Under the pieces are notes generated by a model that was given only the letters and a program-made list of their open reading frames with translations, was not told the DNA's origin and searched no databases. 64,000 nucleotides of DNA, from assembly GCA_963737265.1 (NCBI GenBank), contig CAVTRY010000021.1:128001-192000 (forward strand), given 5' to 3'. The stretch is from an uncultured delta proteobacterium (GTDB taxonomy: Bacteria; Myxococcota_A; Polyangia; Fen-1088). Position numbers and translations under genes: made by a program. Positions 51,678 to 61,704 of this stretch are shown here, in pieces. How positions within the stretch are numbered: position 1 is the stretch's first letter; each line of letters opens with the position of its first letter.

Positions 51678-53659
51678 GCGGATGGCTGGTCATCGCTGGC
51701 ACGATCCTGGCCGCAGCGAGCGGCGTACCAGGCCTGTTCGTCGGACGAAACAGTCCCGCGGGCGAGCGCTGGGCTACCGCCATGCTGGTGGCGGCCGCCA
51801 TCAGCGGCATCGCTGGAGCGGTGGTGGCGGCCATCGGTTCGTCCACCGGAATCGATCTTGCCTGGCCCGTGCCCGGCGGACGATTTGCCGTGAAAATCGA
51901 CGGCCTTTCCGCGCCATTTGTCGTGCAAATCTTCCTGCTCGCGACACTCGGGTCGGTTTATGGACTGGGCTATTGGAGCCAATCCGAGCACACGCGCGAC
52001 GGGAGAAAGCTGCGCCTTTTCTACGGACTCACGGCCGCCGGTATGGTGTTGTTGGTTTGCGCGCGCAACGCCATGCTGTTCATCGCGGGCTGGGAGATCA
52101 TGGCCATGGCTGCCTTTCTGGCGCTGACCGCACAGGACGACCAGAAAACCGTGCGCGACGTCGGCTACCTCTACATGGCCGCCACGCGCCTCGCGACCCT
52201 GTGCCTGATCGCCATGTTTGCCGTGTTGTTCGTGAGCACCGGCACGTTCGACCTCAGCGCGCCTACCGCCGCCATTTCGTCGGGCGCTGCGAATGCCATT
52301 TTTCTTCTGGCGCTGGCCGCTTGTGGCCTCAAAGCTGGCATCATGCCAATGCACGTTTGGTTGCCCGGAGCCCATGCCAGTGCGCCCAGCCACGTTTCGG
52401 CCATCATGTCCGGCGTGCTTATCAAAATGGGCATCTATGGACTGCTGCGCGTGTTCTCCCTCTTCCCGCACCCACCTTTGTGGTGGGGACAGACCGTCTT
52501 GGTCCTAGGCGCGCTCTCGGGCGTTCTGGGCGTGGCTTTTGCGATAAGCCAGCACGACTTCAAGCGGCTGCTTGCCTATCACAGCGTGGAGAACATCGGC
52601 ATTATTTGTTTGGGAATCGGCATCGCGCTGATTGGGCGCTCGCTGGGCAACGACGTTTTGCTGGTGCTCGGCATTGGCGGAGCAATTCTTCATGTTTGGA
52701 ATCACGGTCTATTCAAGGCACTACTCTTTCTCTCGGCTGGCTCGGTGCTGCACGCCACCCACACTCGCGACATCGATCGACTGGGGGGCCTAGCCAAACG
52801 TATGCCCTGGACCGCCGCCGCCTTTCTCATCGGAGCGGTGGCCATTTGTGGTCTGCCGCCCCTCAATGGATTTGTCAGCGAACTGTTGGTCTTTCTCGGT
52901 CTCTTCCGATCGGCGGCCTTACCCAAGGGAACGCTCTGGCTGGCGGGCGCGCTCGGAGCCCCGGTCCTCGCACTCATCGGTTCGTTGGCGTTGGCATGTT
53001 TTGTCAAGGCCTTCGGTGCCATGTTCCTCGGCGAGCCTCGGTCCACCCATGGCAGTGCCGCAAAGGAAGCTGGCCGCCTGATACTGGGACCGATGGCGGC
53101 GCTTGCGACGTTGTGCCTCCTCATCGGTCTCGTACCGTGGGCCATTGCGCCGCTGCTCGACTCGGCGGTGGCCGCGTGGGCGCCAGAACGTGCGGAGACC
53201 GTACAAACGCTGCTGCGGTTGGCGCCGCTAGGGTGGATTTCGGCTCTCAGTTCCCTGTTGCTTGTGTGCCTCGGTATCGGCTTCGTACTGCTGCGCTCGC
53301 GCACGCGGCTGTCCCCCTTTGGCCAGACTAACAGTCCGGTTGGCACTTGGGACTGCGGCTACGCCGCGCCTGGGCCAACCATGCAGTACTCGTCATCGTC
53401 ATTCGCGCAAACGATTGTTGGGCTGTTTTCCTGGGCGCTTCGCCCCAAGGTCCACAATCCAGGCACGCACGACCTATTTCCACGCCCGCAGACCTTCACC
53501 AGCGAAGTCAAGGATCCCGTGCTCGACGCGTTTCTCATTCCAACCGTTCAGCGCGGAAGCAGTGCGGCCCGCTGGTTCAAGTGGCTCCAGCGCGGAAGCC
53601 AGCAGGCCTATCTTCTTTACATTTTGCTGACGCTGATCGTTCTCCTCTTGTGGCGATAA
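51674..53659 (+). CDS. hyfB: HyfB/NuoL-like antiporter subunit (EhrA-like 2)
   Basis: GWEIM, KAGIMPMHVWLPGAHASAPSH, LLAYHSVEN, TWDCGY. Confidence 0.88.
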   Translation: MSGWLVIAGTILAAASGVPGLFVGRNSPAGERWATAMLVAAAISGIAGAVVAAIGSSTGIDLAWPVPGGRFAVKIDGLSAPFVVQIFLLATLGSVYGLGYWSQSEHTRDGRKLRLFYGLTAAGMVLLVCARNAMLFIAGWEIMAMAAFLALTAQDDQKTVRDVGYLYMAATRLATLCLIAMFAVLFVSTGTFDLSAPTAAISSGAANAIFLLALAACGLKAGIMPMHVWLPGAHASAPSHVSAIMSGVLIKMGIYGLLRVFSLFPHPPLWWGQTVLVLGALSGVLGVAFAISQHDFKRLLAYHSVENIGIICLGIGIALIGRSLGNDVLLVLGIGGAILHVWNHGLFKALLFLSAGSVLHATHTRDIDRLGGLAKRMPWTAAAFLIGAVAICGLPPLNGFVSELLVFLGLFRSAALPKGTLWLAGALGAPVLALIGSLALACFVKAFGAMFLGEPRSTHGSAAKEAGRLILGPMAALATLCLLIGLVPWAIAPLLDSAVAAWAPERAETVQTLLRLAPLGWISALSSLLLVCLGIGFVLLRSRTRLSPFGQTNSPVGTWDCGYAAPGPTMQYSSSSFAQTIVGLFSWALRPKVHNPGTHDLFPRPQTFTSEVKDPVLDAFLIPTVQRGSSAARWFKWLQRGSQQAYLLYILLTLIVLLLWR

Positions 53660-53667
53660 GGGACGTC

Positions 53668-54591
53668 TTGGACCAGATTCACATACCAGTTCATCTCGCA
53701 ATCCACATGGCCTTGGTTTTGGTCATGCCCCTGCTCTTGCTTGGGGTCATCAGCAAGACCAAGGCCGCCTTCGCGGGAAGGGTTGGACCGCCACTGTTGC
53801 AAGGCTACTACGACGTCATCAAGCTGTTGCGAAAGGAATCGATTTTCAGTCGCACCACGACGTGGTTGTTCAAGGCGGGACCCACCGTTGGATTGACGAC
53901 AGCGCTCTTCGCCGCCATTCTCGTGCCACTCGGCGGCCATCCCGCGCCGCTCTCGTTCGAGGGCGACTTGATCCTCTTCGCGTATCTCTTCGGCCTCGGC
54001 CGCTTCTTCACCATCGCCGCGGCCTTGGACACAGGCTCCTCCTTCGAAGGTATGGGCGGCGCCCGCGAGGCCACCTTTTCCTGCCTTGCCGAGCCGGCAC
54101 TCTTTTTCGGACTCATCGTCCTCACCCGCCTCTCTGGTTCGCTGTCGCTGACAACGATGGTAGGCCCCGGGCTTGGCGAAGGATGGCGACACGGCGGCGC
54201 GTCCCTCGTCCTGGTCGCGTCCAGCCTCTTTATCGTTCTGCTGGCGGAGAACTGCCGCATTCCCGTGGACGACCCCAACACCCACCTCGAGCTCACCATG
54301 ATCCACGAGGTTATGGTGCTCGACCACGGTGGCCCAGCGCTCGGCATCATTCACTACGGCGCTGCGCTGAAGGTCTTCGTCCTGGGTGCCTTGGTCGTCC
54401 GCATTGCGATTCCCTACAGCGCCAACCCTTGGGCCAGTTGGGGTGTCTTTATAGCCGGCATGCTTCTCTTGGCGGTACTGATTGGTGTCGTGGAATCGAC
54501 CATGGCGCGCCTACGCATGGCTCAAGTTCCCATCTTATTGGTGGCGGCGTGCCTATTGTCCGCCCTTGGCATCGTCTTGGTCGCGAGGTAG
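53668..54591 (+). CDS. hyfC: HyfC/NuoH-like membrane subunit (EhrB-like)
   Basis: GRVGPPLLQ..D..KL, LDTGSSFEGMG..RE, AENCRIPVDDP.THLELTMIHE; start uncertain. Confidence 0.9.
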   Translation: MDQIHIPVHLAIHMALVLVMPLLLLGVISKTKAAFAGRVGPPLLQGYYDVIKLLRKESIFSRTTTWLFKAGPTVGLTTALFAAILVPLGGHPAPLSFEGDLILFAYLFGLGRFFTIAAALDTGSSFEGMGGAREATFSCLAEPALFFGLIVLTRLSGSLSLTTMVGPGLGEGWRHGGASLVLVASSLFIVLLAENCRIPVDDPNTHLELTMIHEVMVLDHGGPALGIIHYGAALKVFVLGALVVRIAIPYSANPWASWGVFIAGMLLLAVLIGVVESTMARLRMAQVPILLVAACLLSALGIVLVAR

Positions 54592-54596
54592 TCCCC

Positions 54597-55238
54597 ATGC
54601 ACGGCTTGGTCGATCCACTGTTGGTCTCGGTTCTACTCTTCAACCTGTTCGTGTTGGGCACAAGCCGACTGCAAGCGGTTGTCAACGGCTCGGCAATTCA
54701 GGGCGTCCTGCTTGGCGTGCTCACGCTGTGCGTACATCAGACTTTGGGCTTCTGGGCAATTCTGTTCACCCTGGTCGCCATCCTGATCAAAGCCATGCTC
54801 ATCCCGAGCATGCTGCTGCGCGCCCTCCGCGACGCAGCCATTCGCAGGGAGGTCGAGCCATTCATTGGATTCTTGCCTTGCCTATTGCTCGGAGCCCTCG
54901 GCACCGGAGCGGCGCTGGTATTCGCCGGAACGCTGCCGCTTGCCAAAGAACACGCGGGCTCGCTCCTCGTGCCGGCCTCCCTGGCCACGGTATGGACGGG
55001 ATTCTTGATCCTCACGACCCGTCGCAAGGCCATTAACCAGGTCGTTGGCTATTTGCTGCTGGAAAACGGGATCTACATCATGGGACTTACCCTCGTGGAT
55101 GCCATGCCCTACATGGTCGAGATGGGCGTGCTGCTCGATCTGTTTGTCGGCATCTTCGTCATGGGCATCATCCTCAATCACATCAGCCGTGAATTTTCGT
55201 CGATGGACACGGCGCGCATGAGCGCACTCAAGGAGTGA
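54597..55238 (+). CDS. hyfE: HyfE-like membrane subunit (EhrC-like)
   Basis: RREVEP, QVVGYLLLENG, VEMGVLLD. Confidence 0.88.
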   Translation: MHGLVDPLLVSVLLFNLFVLGTSRLQAVVNGSAIQGVLLGVLTLCVHQTLGFWAILFTLVAILIKAMLIPSMLLRALRDAAIRREVEPFIGFLPCLLLGALGTGAALVFAGTLPLAKEHAGSLLVPASLATVWTGFLILTTRRKAINQVVGYLLLENGIYIMGLTLVDAMPYMVEMGVLLDLFVGIFVMGIILNHISREFSSMDTARMSALKE

Positions 55239-55241
55239 ACG

Positions 55242-56672
55242 ATGTTGCTCGCGCTCGTCCTCGTACCCCTCGCTTTCGCCGGTTTGGCTGCCCTTATCCG
55301 GTCGAGCCATAAACGTCCGTGGCTGCTGCCCATTGGCGGCAGCGTGCACCTCGCCCTTGCCGCCATCGCCGTGCTCGGCCCGGCCGCTCCCGAAAGCGCG
55401 TGGCTCGGACTCGATCCGCTCAATCGCATCGTGCTTGGTTTTCTCAGCTTGTTGTTTTTTCTTTGCTCCATCTACGCTCGCGGCTACCTGGCCTTGCGCA
55501 CGAATCAGCCCGCACGCATCTTCACCGCCAGCCTCTTTGTCTTTCTCGCTATGCTTACCCTGGCTGTCGAGGCACAGCATCTTGGTCTGATGTGGGTCGC
55601 AGTCGAAGCCTGCACGCTCAGCTCGGCGCCTCTTCTCTACTTCAATCAGAATCCGCGCTCGCTCGAAGCGACGTGGAAGTACATGCTCATCGGTTCCGTG
55701 GGAATCGCGCTCGCGCTCTTGGGCTCGTATTTTCTCGCCTACTCCGCGCTGCGTGGCGGAATGAGTACTTCGCTTTTCTTCAGGGACTTGGTCCGCGAGG
55801 CGCCCCACCTTTCGCACCCCTGGCTGCGCGCCGCCTTCGTTGTCCTTTTCGTCGGCTACGGCACCAAAATGGGCCTAGCCCCCATGCATTCGTGGAAGCC
55901 CGACGCGTACGGCGAAGCGCCGGGCTTGGTGGGCGCGCTGCTCGCCGGCGGGCTTACCACCTGCGCCTTCTTGGCGATCCTGCGCTTCTTTCAGATCTGT
56001 ATCGCCGCCAATGACGTGGCCTTCGCGCGCAAGATGATGATGACCATTGGGCTGCTTTCGATGGCGGTGGCGGCGGTGTTCATGGTGCGCCAACGCGACT
56101 ACAAGCGCATGCTGGCCTATTCCAGCGTCGAGCACATGGGCATCCTGGTGCTCGGTGTCAGCATTGGCGGCTGGGGCCTCTTCGGCTCGCTCTTGCATCT
56201 GATCAACAACGGACTGACCAAGGGCGTGCTGTTTCTGGCCGCCGCCAACATTCATCGCGCCTACGGCAGCAAACGCGTGGAGGACGTGAGTGGCGTCATT
56301 CGCCGCCTACCCGTCACCGGCGTTCTTTTTCTCGCCGGCTTTTTCGCCATTACCGGCTCGCCACCGTTTGGCCCGTTCTTCAGCGAGTTCACCATCCTGC
56401 GCGCCGCCATTGCTGGCGGGCATTACCTTGTGGCCGGCCTGTTTTTGACCCTGCTGTTTGTCATTTTCGTGGGAATGAGCGCCACCGTATTCGGAATTGT
56501 CCAAGGCGAGCCGTCCGCCAAGGCCGTCGCCAGCGTCTACCAGGACAGATTCTTCACGACCGCACCCATCGTGGTGTTCCTCGGCCTCGTGTTGCTTCTT
56601 GGCATCTACCTTCCTTCACCGGTCAACGACTCCCTTCAGCGGGCGGCTGACTTCATCGAGATGAAGCGATGA
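55242..56672 (+). CDS. hyfF: HyfF-like antiporter subunit (EhrD-like)
   Basis: WVAVE, SLEATWKY, GYGTKMGLAPMHSWKPDAYGEAP, KRMLAYSSVEHMG. Confidence 0.9.
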   Translation: MLLALVLVPLAFAGLAALIRSSHKRPWLLPIGGSVHLALAAIAVLGPAAPESAWLGLDPLNRIVLGFLSLLFFLCSIYARGYLALRTNQPARIFTASLFVFLAMLTLAVEAQHLGLMWVAVEACTLSSAPLLYFNQNPRSLEATWKYMLIGSVGIALALLGSYFLAYSALRGGMSTSLFFRDLVREAPHLSHPWLRAAFVVLFVGYGTKMGLAPMHSWKPDAYGEAPGLVGALLAGGLTTCAFLAILRFFQICIAANDVAFARKMMMTIGLLSMAVAAVFMVRQRDYKRMLAYSSVEHMGILVLGVSIGGWGLFGSLLHLINNGLTKGVLFLAAANIHRAYGSKRVEDVSGVIRRLPVTGVLFLAGFFAITGSPPFGPFFSEFTILRAAIAGGHYLVAGLFLTLLFVIFVGMSATVFGIVQGEPSAKAVASVYQDRFFTTAPIVVFLGLVLLLGIYLPSPVNDSLQRAADFIEMKR

Positions 56673-58201
56673 ACGCAAGAATGGCGACAGACTGGCTGGT
56701 CCTTCGCAACGGAATCGCGGCGCCGCTCGACCGCATCCCCGAGCAGCCACTCGCCGATTTCCGCTTGGACATCATCGCCGCGCCTGCCCGCGGCCGGCGG
56801 GTTGCAGCTCTGTTTGGCCGACCGGTGGACAAGGCAATTGAGCTGGTGGCCGTACTCGCCGCCGATCGCGAGGGGTTGCTGGAGGTCGGAAAGGCCAGGA
56901 TCGAAACCGGCAGCTTCGCCTCGATGACCCCAGAATGCCCCCAGGTTCATCTGTTCGAACGCGAAATCGCCGAGCAGTGGGGAATCCGCCCCGAGGGTCA
57001 TCCGTGGCTCAAACCGGTGCGTTTTCACCGCTCGATGCGCCCCGGCCACGATGCGTGGAACCGACCCAACGATACGCCGCTCATCGTTGGCGTCATGGAC
57101 TTCTACCGCGTCGAGGGCGACGAAATTCACGAGGTCGCCGTCGGCCCGGTTCACGCCGGCGTGATCGAACCCGGGCATTTCCGTTTTCAGTGCCACGGTG
57201 AACAAGTTTTCCACCTCGAGATCTCGCTCGGCTACCAACACCGCGGCATCGAGCGGACACTCATCGGCGGTCCCGCGAAGCGCACCATTCACACCATGGA
57301 AACCCTCGCCGGCGACACGACCGTCGGCCACGCCAGCGCCTATTGTCAGGCGCTGGAGAGCTTGTCGGGAACCCGCCCATCCGCGCGGGCCCTGGCCTTG
57401 CGAGGCGTGGCGCTTGAGCTCGAACGCACCGCCAACCACACCGGTGACCTCGGCGCTTTGGCCGGCGACATCGGCTACTTGCCGTCGGCTTCGTTCTGCG
57501 GGCGCCTGCGCGGCGACTTTCTCAATCTCACGGCGCACCTTTGTGGCAGTCGCTTCGGACGCGGCATGATTCGTCCGGGTGGGGTTGGCTTCGACATCGA
57601 CGCCGCCCGCGTGGCCCAACTTCTCGAACGACTGGAGTCCGCGTACCGAGACGTTTCGGGCGCCGTCCAATTGTTGTGGCAGACCGGCACGGTTCAGGCG
57701 CGCTTCGAAGACGTGGGGCGGGTCAGCCTGGACACCGCCCGCGACCTCGGCTTGGTTGGTCCGGCGGCGCGCGCCTGCGGCCTCCGCCGCGACGTGCGAA
57801 CCCATCACCCCACGGGAATCTTTCAATTCGTCCACATTCCCATGTCGACCATGCACACCGGCGACGTATACGCCCGCGCCTTTCTGCGCTGGCTTGAAAT
57901 CGAACGCTCGGTCGCGTTCATTCGGCAGCAACTACAGGAACTGCCGGCGGGTGTTGCACGGGTGGATTGCGCCCCCCTTTCCCACAATCAATTCTGCGTG
58001 TCGCTCATCGAAGGGTGGCGCGGCGAGATTTGCCACGTGGCGATGACCGACAACGATGGGCGCATTGCCCACTACAAAGTCGTCGATCCGTCGTTTCACA
58101 ATTGGGCCGGGCTCGGCATGGCCTTGCGCGATCAACAGATTTCCGACTTTCCCATTTGCAACAAGAGCTTCAACCTTTCCTATTGCGGGCACGATCTCTA
58201 G
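56669..58201 (+). CDS. hyfG: HyfG/NuoCD-like large subunit lacking Ni-binding CxxC motifs (EhrL)
   Basis: FEREI, VGPVHAGVIEPGHFRF, HRGIE; ETLAGD instead of RxCxxC; NKSFNLSYCGHDL instead of DPCxxC. Confidence 0.9.
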   Translation: MNARMATDWLVLRNGIAAPLDRIPEQPLADFRLDIIAAPARGRRVAALFGRPVDKAIELVAVLAADREGLLEVGKARIETGSFASMTPECPQVHLFEREIAEQWGIRPEGHPWLKPVRFHRSMRPGHDAWNRPNDTPLIVGVMDFYRVEGDEIHEVAVGPVHAGVIEPGHFRFQCHGEQVFHLEISLGYQHRGIERTLIGGPAKRTIHTMETLAGDTTVGHASAYCQALESLSGTRPSARALALRGVALELERTANHTGDLGALAGDIGYLPSASFCGRLRGDFLNLTAHLCGSRFGRGMIRPGGVGFDIDAARVAQLLERLESAYRDVSGAVQLLWQTGTVQARFEDVGRVSLDTARDLGLVGPAARACGLRRDVRTHHPTGIFQFVHIPMSTMHTGDVYARAFLRWLEIERSVAFIRQQLQELPAGVARVDCAPLSHNQFCVSLIEGWRGEICHVAMTDNDGRIAHYKVVDPSFHNWAGLGMALRDQQISDFPICNKSFNLSYCGHDL

Positions 58202-58213
58202 GAGCACGCCGGC

Positions 58214-59023
58214 ATGTACAAACTTCTCATCGAACGCTGGCGGCAGGGACATCGCACCTCGCGCTACCCAAGTGAGTCACCCGTGTTGCCCGATCGCTTT
58301 CGCGGTCTACCGGTCATTGACGCCACAAAATGCCAGGACGGCTGCCGTGCGTGCGCCGAAGCTTGCCCGACCGAGGCCATTACCATCAACGAGCGCAGAC
58401 CCACGGTCGATCTCGGACGTTGCCTCTTCTGTACCGACTGCACGCACGCCTGTCCATCCGCCGCAATTCATTTTGGCCCCGAGTATCGGTTGGCGGCCAA
58501 CACGCGCCCCGAGCTCATCGCTACGAGCGGCGTTTCCAGTTTCGCCCACCCCATCGAAGAGCGCCTGCGCCGCCTGTTCGGACGTTCCCTGAAACTGCGC
58601 CAGGTTAGCGCAGGCGGATGCAACGGCTGCGAATCCGACGTCAACGTGCTCGGTACCCTGGTGTTCGACCTCGGGCGCTTCGGCATCCAGATGGTGGCCT
58701 CGCCAAGACACGCCGACGGACTGATTGTCACCGGCCCCGTCAGCGAAAACATGAAACTGGCGCTCAAGAAGACCTACGATGCGCTCACCCCACCCAAGAT
58801 TGTGATTGCGGTGGGCGCCTGTGCCATCTCCGGCGGACCGTTCGTCGACAATCCCGAGGTGCACAATGGCGCCGCCAGCGTCGTCCCGGTCGACCTGTTC
58901 ATTCCGGGCTGCCCGCCCCACCCCTACACCATTCTCGACGGCCTGCTGCGCCTGCTGGGCAAAATCGAGGGTGGCACGCGCATGTTGCCTGCCACCCTGA
59001 GCTCACGCCCGGTTGGGCAGTAG
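58214..59023 (+). CDS. hyfI: Fused 2x[4Fe-4S] ferredoxin + NuoB/HyfI small subunit (EhrS)
   Basis: CQDGCRACAEACP, CLFCTDCTHACP, GGCNGCE, SPRHAD, GACAISGG, PGCPP. Confidence 0.9.
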   Translation: MYKLLIERWRQGHRTSRYPSESPVLPDRFRGLPVIDATKCQDGCRACAEACPTEAITINERRPTVDLGRCLFCTDCTHACPSAAIHFGPEYRLAANTRPELIATSGVSSFAHPIEERLRRLFGRSLKLRQVSAGGCNGCESDVNVLGTLVFDLGRFGIQMVASPRHADGLIVTGPVSENMKLALKKTYDALTPPKIVIAVGACAISGGPFVDNPEVHNGAASVVPVDLFIPGCPPHPYTILDGLLRLLGKIEGGTRMLPATLSSRPVGQ

Positions 59024-59998
59024 ATACCAGCGGTCGGTCTCGGTATCGATTTCCTGAATTCCATCGAGCGGCACGGAAACTGGCCCCTTCATGGTGGCGC
59101 TGCCATCCGGGCCGAAATGCAACTCGGGAAACTCGACCTCGCAAGGCGGATCGGTGTGCACCATCAGCAGAGGCAGATCCGTGTGCGATCCGAGCAGTTT
59201 GTGCTTGATCCGGTAGGCGGTGAAATCCGGGCTCAGCTCCGAGCGATGGATCACGCATTGGGAAGCGCCCCACGCCAAATGAATGTTCGGGATTCTCGTC
59301 GATGGCCGCCGAACCAGCACAAAGACATCCCCCTGCAGGCCCTTGGGATAGCGCTTGACCGACAGCGGGCCGAACTCGGCGGTCTTGCCGCTGATTTTGG
59401 TCAGGTTGTGCACCAACTCCTGGCCGGCATTCTTGGCCAGATCCACCCTGCCGATTTGCTCGAATTTGTAAGCATCACCCAGCCCCTCGGCCTGCGCCGC
59501 TACCACCGCCGCCTTGGTCGCCCACACCATCCCCGGCACGGTCGCGGGCTCCAGCCGGGAGCAGGCCACAATGGTTTTTCCGAAGGCGTCGGACACTTCG
59601 TTGAACGGACTTTTCTCGATCAGCTCCACATCGCCGTAATGCACGGCGATACGCGCCTGAAATGGCCACAATCCGTATTCGCGCTGGCGATCTCGGCCAG
59701 CCTTGGTGTTGAAGTGGTTGTGGATTCGCCACGCATGTTCCAGCGCCTTGCGGATGTCGCCCGGGTAAACCAGCAGCACACCATCGCCCGCCGGCTTCAC
59801 CACGTATTTCTTCGCCGCGTCTTCGCCCAGGCTGGCGCGCAGGTCGTCGCGAATGCCCCTGCCCAACCGCCCCATCAGCTGGTCGAACCTCAGCAGCGAT
59901 TCGTGCTGGTCGACCAAGGACGAGTAGCGTTCCACGTCCGCGCAAACGACCGCGGCCGGCTGTGGTCTCGATTCAATTTCAATGTCTTCGTTATTCAT
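59003..59998 (-). CDS. Class III nucleotidyl cyclase domain protein with unknown C-terminal domain
   Basis: ADVERYS, KPAGDG, RIAVHYGDV, DAFGKTIVACSRLE; start may be 60031. Confidence 0.8.
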   Translation of the reverse strand: MNNEDIEIESRPQPAAVVCADVERYSSLVDQHESLLRFDQLMGRLGRGIRDDLRASLGEDAAKKYVVKPAGDGVLLVYPGDIRKALEHAWRIHNHFNTKAGRDRQREYGLWPFQARIAVHYGDVELIEKSPFNEVSDAFGKTIVACSRLEPATVPGMVWATKAAVVAAQAEGLGDAYKFEQIGRVDLAKNAGQELVHNLTKISGKTAEFGPLSVKRYPKGLQGDVFVLVRRPSTRIPNIHLAWGASQCVIHRSELSPDFTAYRIKHKLLGSHTDLPLLMVHTDPPCEVEFPELHFGPDGSATMKGPVSVPLDGIQEIDTETDRWYLLPNRA

Positions 59999-60138
59999 GT
60001 TCTTAGGGGTGCCAGAGGGGCGCGCAACCATAGCACCCCTAGCAGCCCGTGGTGAAAGTCTCCGCGTCGCATAGCCGCCGTCGGCCCTGCCAAGGAACGG
60101 GACTTGTCGGTTTCCAGGCGCTATGAGAGGGCTCGACC

Positions 60139-61704
60139 ATGCCGACGTTCGTCCTCGCGCTATTTCTCGCCTTCTTCGTCTTGCAAACGACGGTGGAGGC
60201 GGGCCTGGTGCTGCTCAACATACGTTATCTCGGGCGCTTGCGGGCCGCGGGCACCGAGGTTCCCACGCCGCTGCGCCAACACGTCGACCCGGCGATGGCG
60301 CGCAAGAGCTCCGATTACACCTTGGCGAACGCGCGTTTCGCGCTCGTGCGCGGCGCCTATGGCGCGGGACTGACCCTGGCGATTCTGCTGTCCGGGCTGC
60401 TGCCGGGTGCCGCCGACTATCTTTCGCGCCACGCCCTCGCCGGATCCCACCTCTTCGTCGTCTTCTTGGCCGGACTCTCCGCGGTGCTATCGCTCGCGCA
60501 CCTTCCCTTCGGCCTGTATCACACCTTCGCCATCGAATCGCGTTTTGGTTTCAACCGCACGACCTGGCGGCTGTGGCTCGTCGATCGGGTCAAGGGCATT
60601 CTGCTCTCGGCCGCCATCGGCGCGCCCCTGCTATACGCTATTTACGGGTTCATGGCCTTGACCGGCCGGTGGTGGTGGCTGTGGCTGTTCGCCTTCCTGG
60701 TCGCCCTGCAGGTGGTGATGCTGTGGGCATTTCCCGCGCTCATCGCCCCCATCTTCAACAAATTCGTTCCCCTTCCCGATGGCGATCTCAAACAGCGGCT
60801 GGAGACGCTGGCCCATGCCGCCGGGTTTCGCAATCGCGGACTCTTCGTCGTGGATGCCTCGCGGCGCTCGCGCCATTCGAACGCGTATTTCACCGGGCTC
60901 TTCCGCCCCCGCATTGTCCTTTTCGATACCCTCGTCGACAAGATGACGACCGAAGAAGCCGCCGCAGTGCTGGCGCACGAAATAGGCCACTACAAAGCCC
61001 GCCATATCCACAAACGCCTCCTGCTCAGCCTTGCCGGCATGTTGATCGGGCTGTTTGTGCTCTCGAAGCTCATCGCCTGGCCACCGCTTTTCCAGGCCTT
61101 CGGCTTCGCCGCCCCGTCCTTTCACGCGGCGCTGGCTATCTTCTCCCTCGGTGGCGGCGCCTTCACTTTCTTTCTGGAGCCCGTGGGCGCGTGGCTATCC
61201 CGGCGCGACGAGTACGAGGCCGATCGCTTCTCGGTGCGGCTCGTGCGCCAGCCCGAGGCGATGAAGTCGGCCCTGATTCGTATGAGCGGCGAGAACCTGT
61301 CGAACTTGAACCCACACCCTTGGTACAGCCGCTGGCACTATTCGCATCCGACGCTTGTGGAGCGGATGGCGGCGATCGACTTGTTTGCGGCTGCAGGGCA
61401 CCGCAGGTCGTTCGCGCCTGACCGTGCTCGGATTTCCGCCAGCCAGGCCCGAGCCGATCGCGAAAACAGCAGGGCAAGGCTGGCTCTCAGAAACATCCGG
61501 TTGTTATCGGGTATGTCGCGGCCCGAAGAAACGATCACCGTTGTAGTGAAGCAAGTGCTCCGGAAACTCCGCGACCCAAACCTCGGTTTCCCAGGCGATC
61601 GCCTCCGCGTACTTCTTGAACTCACGAAACGATGGAAACGCCGACACGTAGACGCGACCTGGCTCCGCGTTAGCCAGAACAGCATTCACCTAACACCTCG
61701 TTGA
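60139..61704 (+). CDS. M48 family Ste24-like Zn metalloprotease with anomalous C-terminal read-through
   Basis: NAYFTG, RIVLFDTL, LAHEIGH, EYEAD, SHPTLVER; homology ends near 61390. Confidence 0.9.
   Translation: MPTFVLALFLAFFVLQTTVEAGLVLLNIRYLGRLRAAGTEVPTPLRQHVDPAMARKSSDYTLANARFALVRGAYGAGLTLAILLSGLLPGAADYLSRHALAGSHLFVVFLAGLSAVLSLAHLPFGLYHTFAIESRFGFNRTTWRLWLVDRVKGILLSAAIGAPLLYAIYGFMALTGRWWWLWLFAFLVALQVVMLWAFPALIAPIFNKFVPLPDGDLKQRLETLAHAAGFRNRGLFVVDASRRSRHSNAYFTGLFRPRIVLFDTLVDKMTTEEAAAVLAHEIGHYKARHIHKRLLLSLAGMLIGLFVLSKLIAWPPLFQAFGFAAPSFHAALAIFSLGGGAFTFFLEPVGAWLSRRDEYEADRFSVRLVRQPEAMKSALIRMSGENLSNLNPHPWYSRWHYSHPTLVERMAAIDLFAAAGHRRSFAPDRARISASQARADRENSRARLALRNIRLLSGMSRPEETITVVVKQVLRKLRDPNLGFPGDRLRVLLELTKRWKRRHVDATWLRVSQNSIHLTPR
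61504..61689 (-). pseudogene. BsuBI/PstI-family restriction endonuclease, C-terminal fragment only
   Basis: VYVSAFP..FKKY..IAWETEVWVAEFPEHLLHYNGDRFFGP. Confidence 0.85.

Noticed and set aside
56669-58201. Group 4 [NiFe] hydrogenase / formate hydrogenlyase
   Set aside because: Both Ni-binding CxxC motifs are missing and no fdh or hyp genes are adjacent
61391-61396. CTGCAG site near the RM relic boundary
   Set aside because: The hexamer is common throughout the window, so this is probably chance
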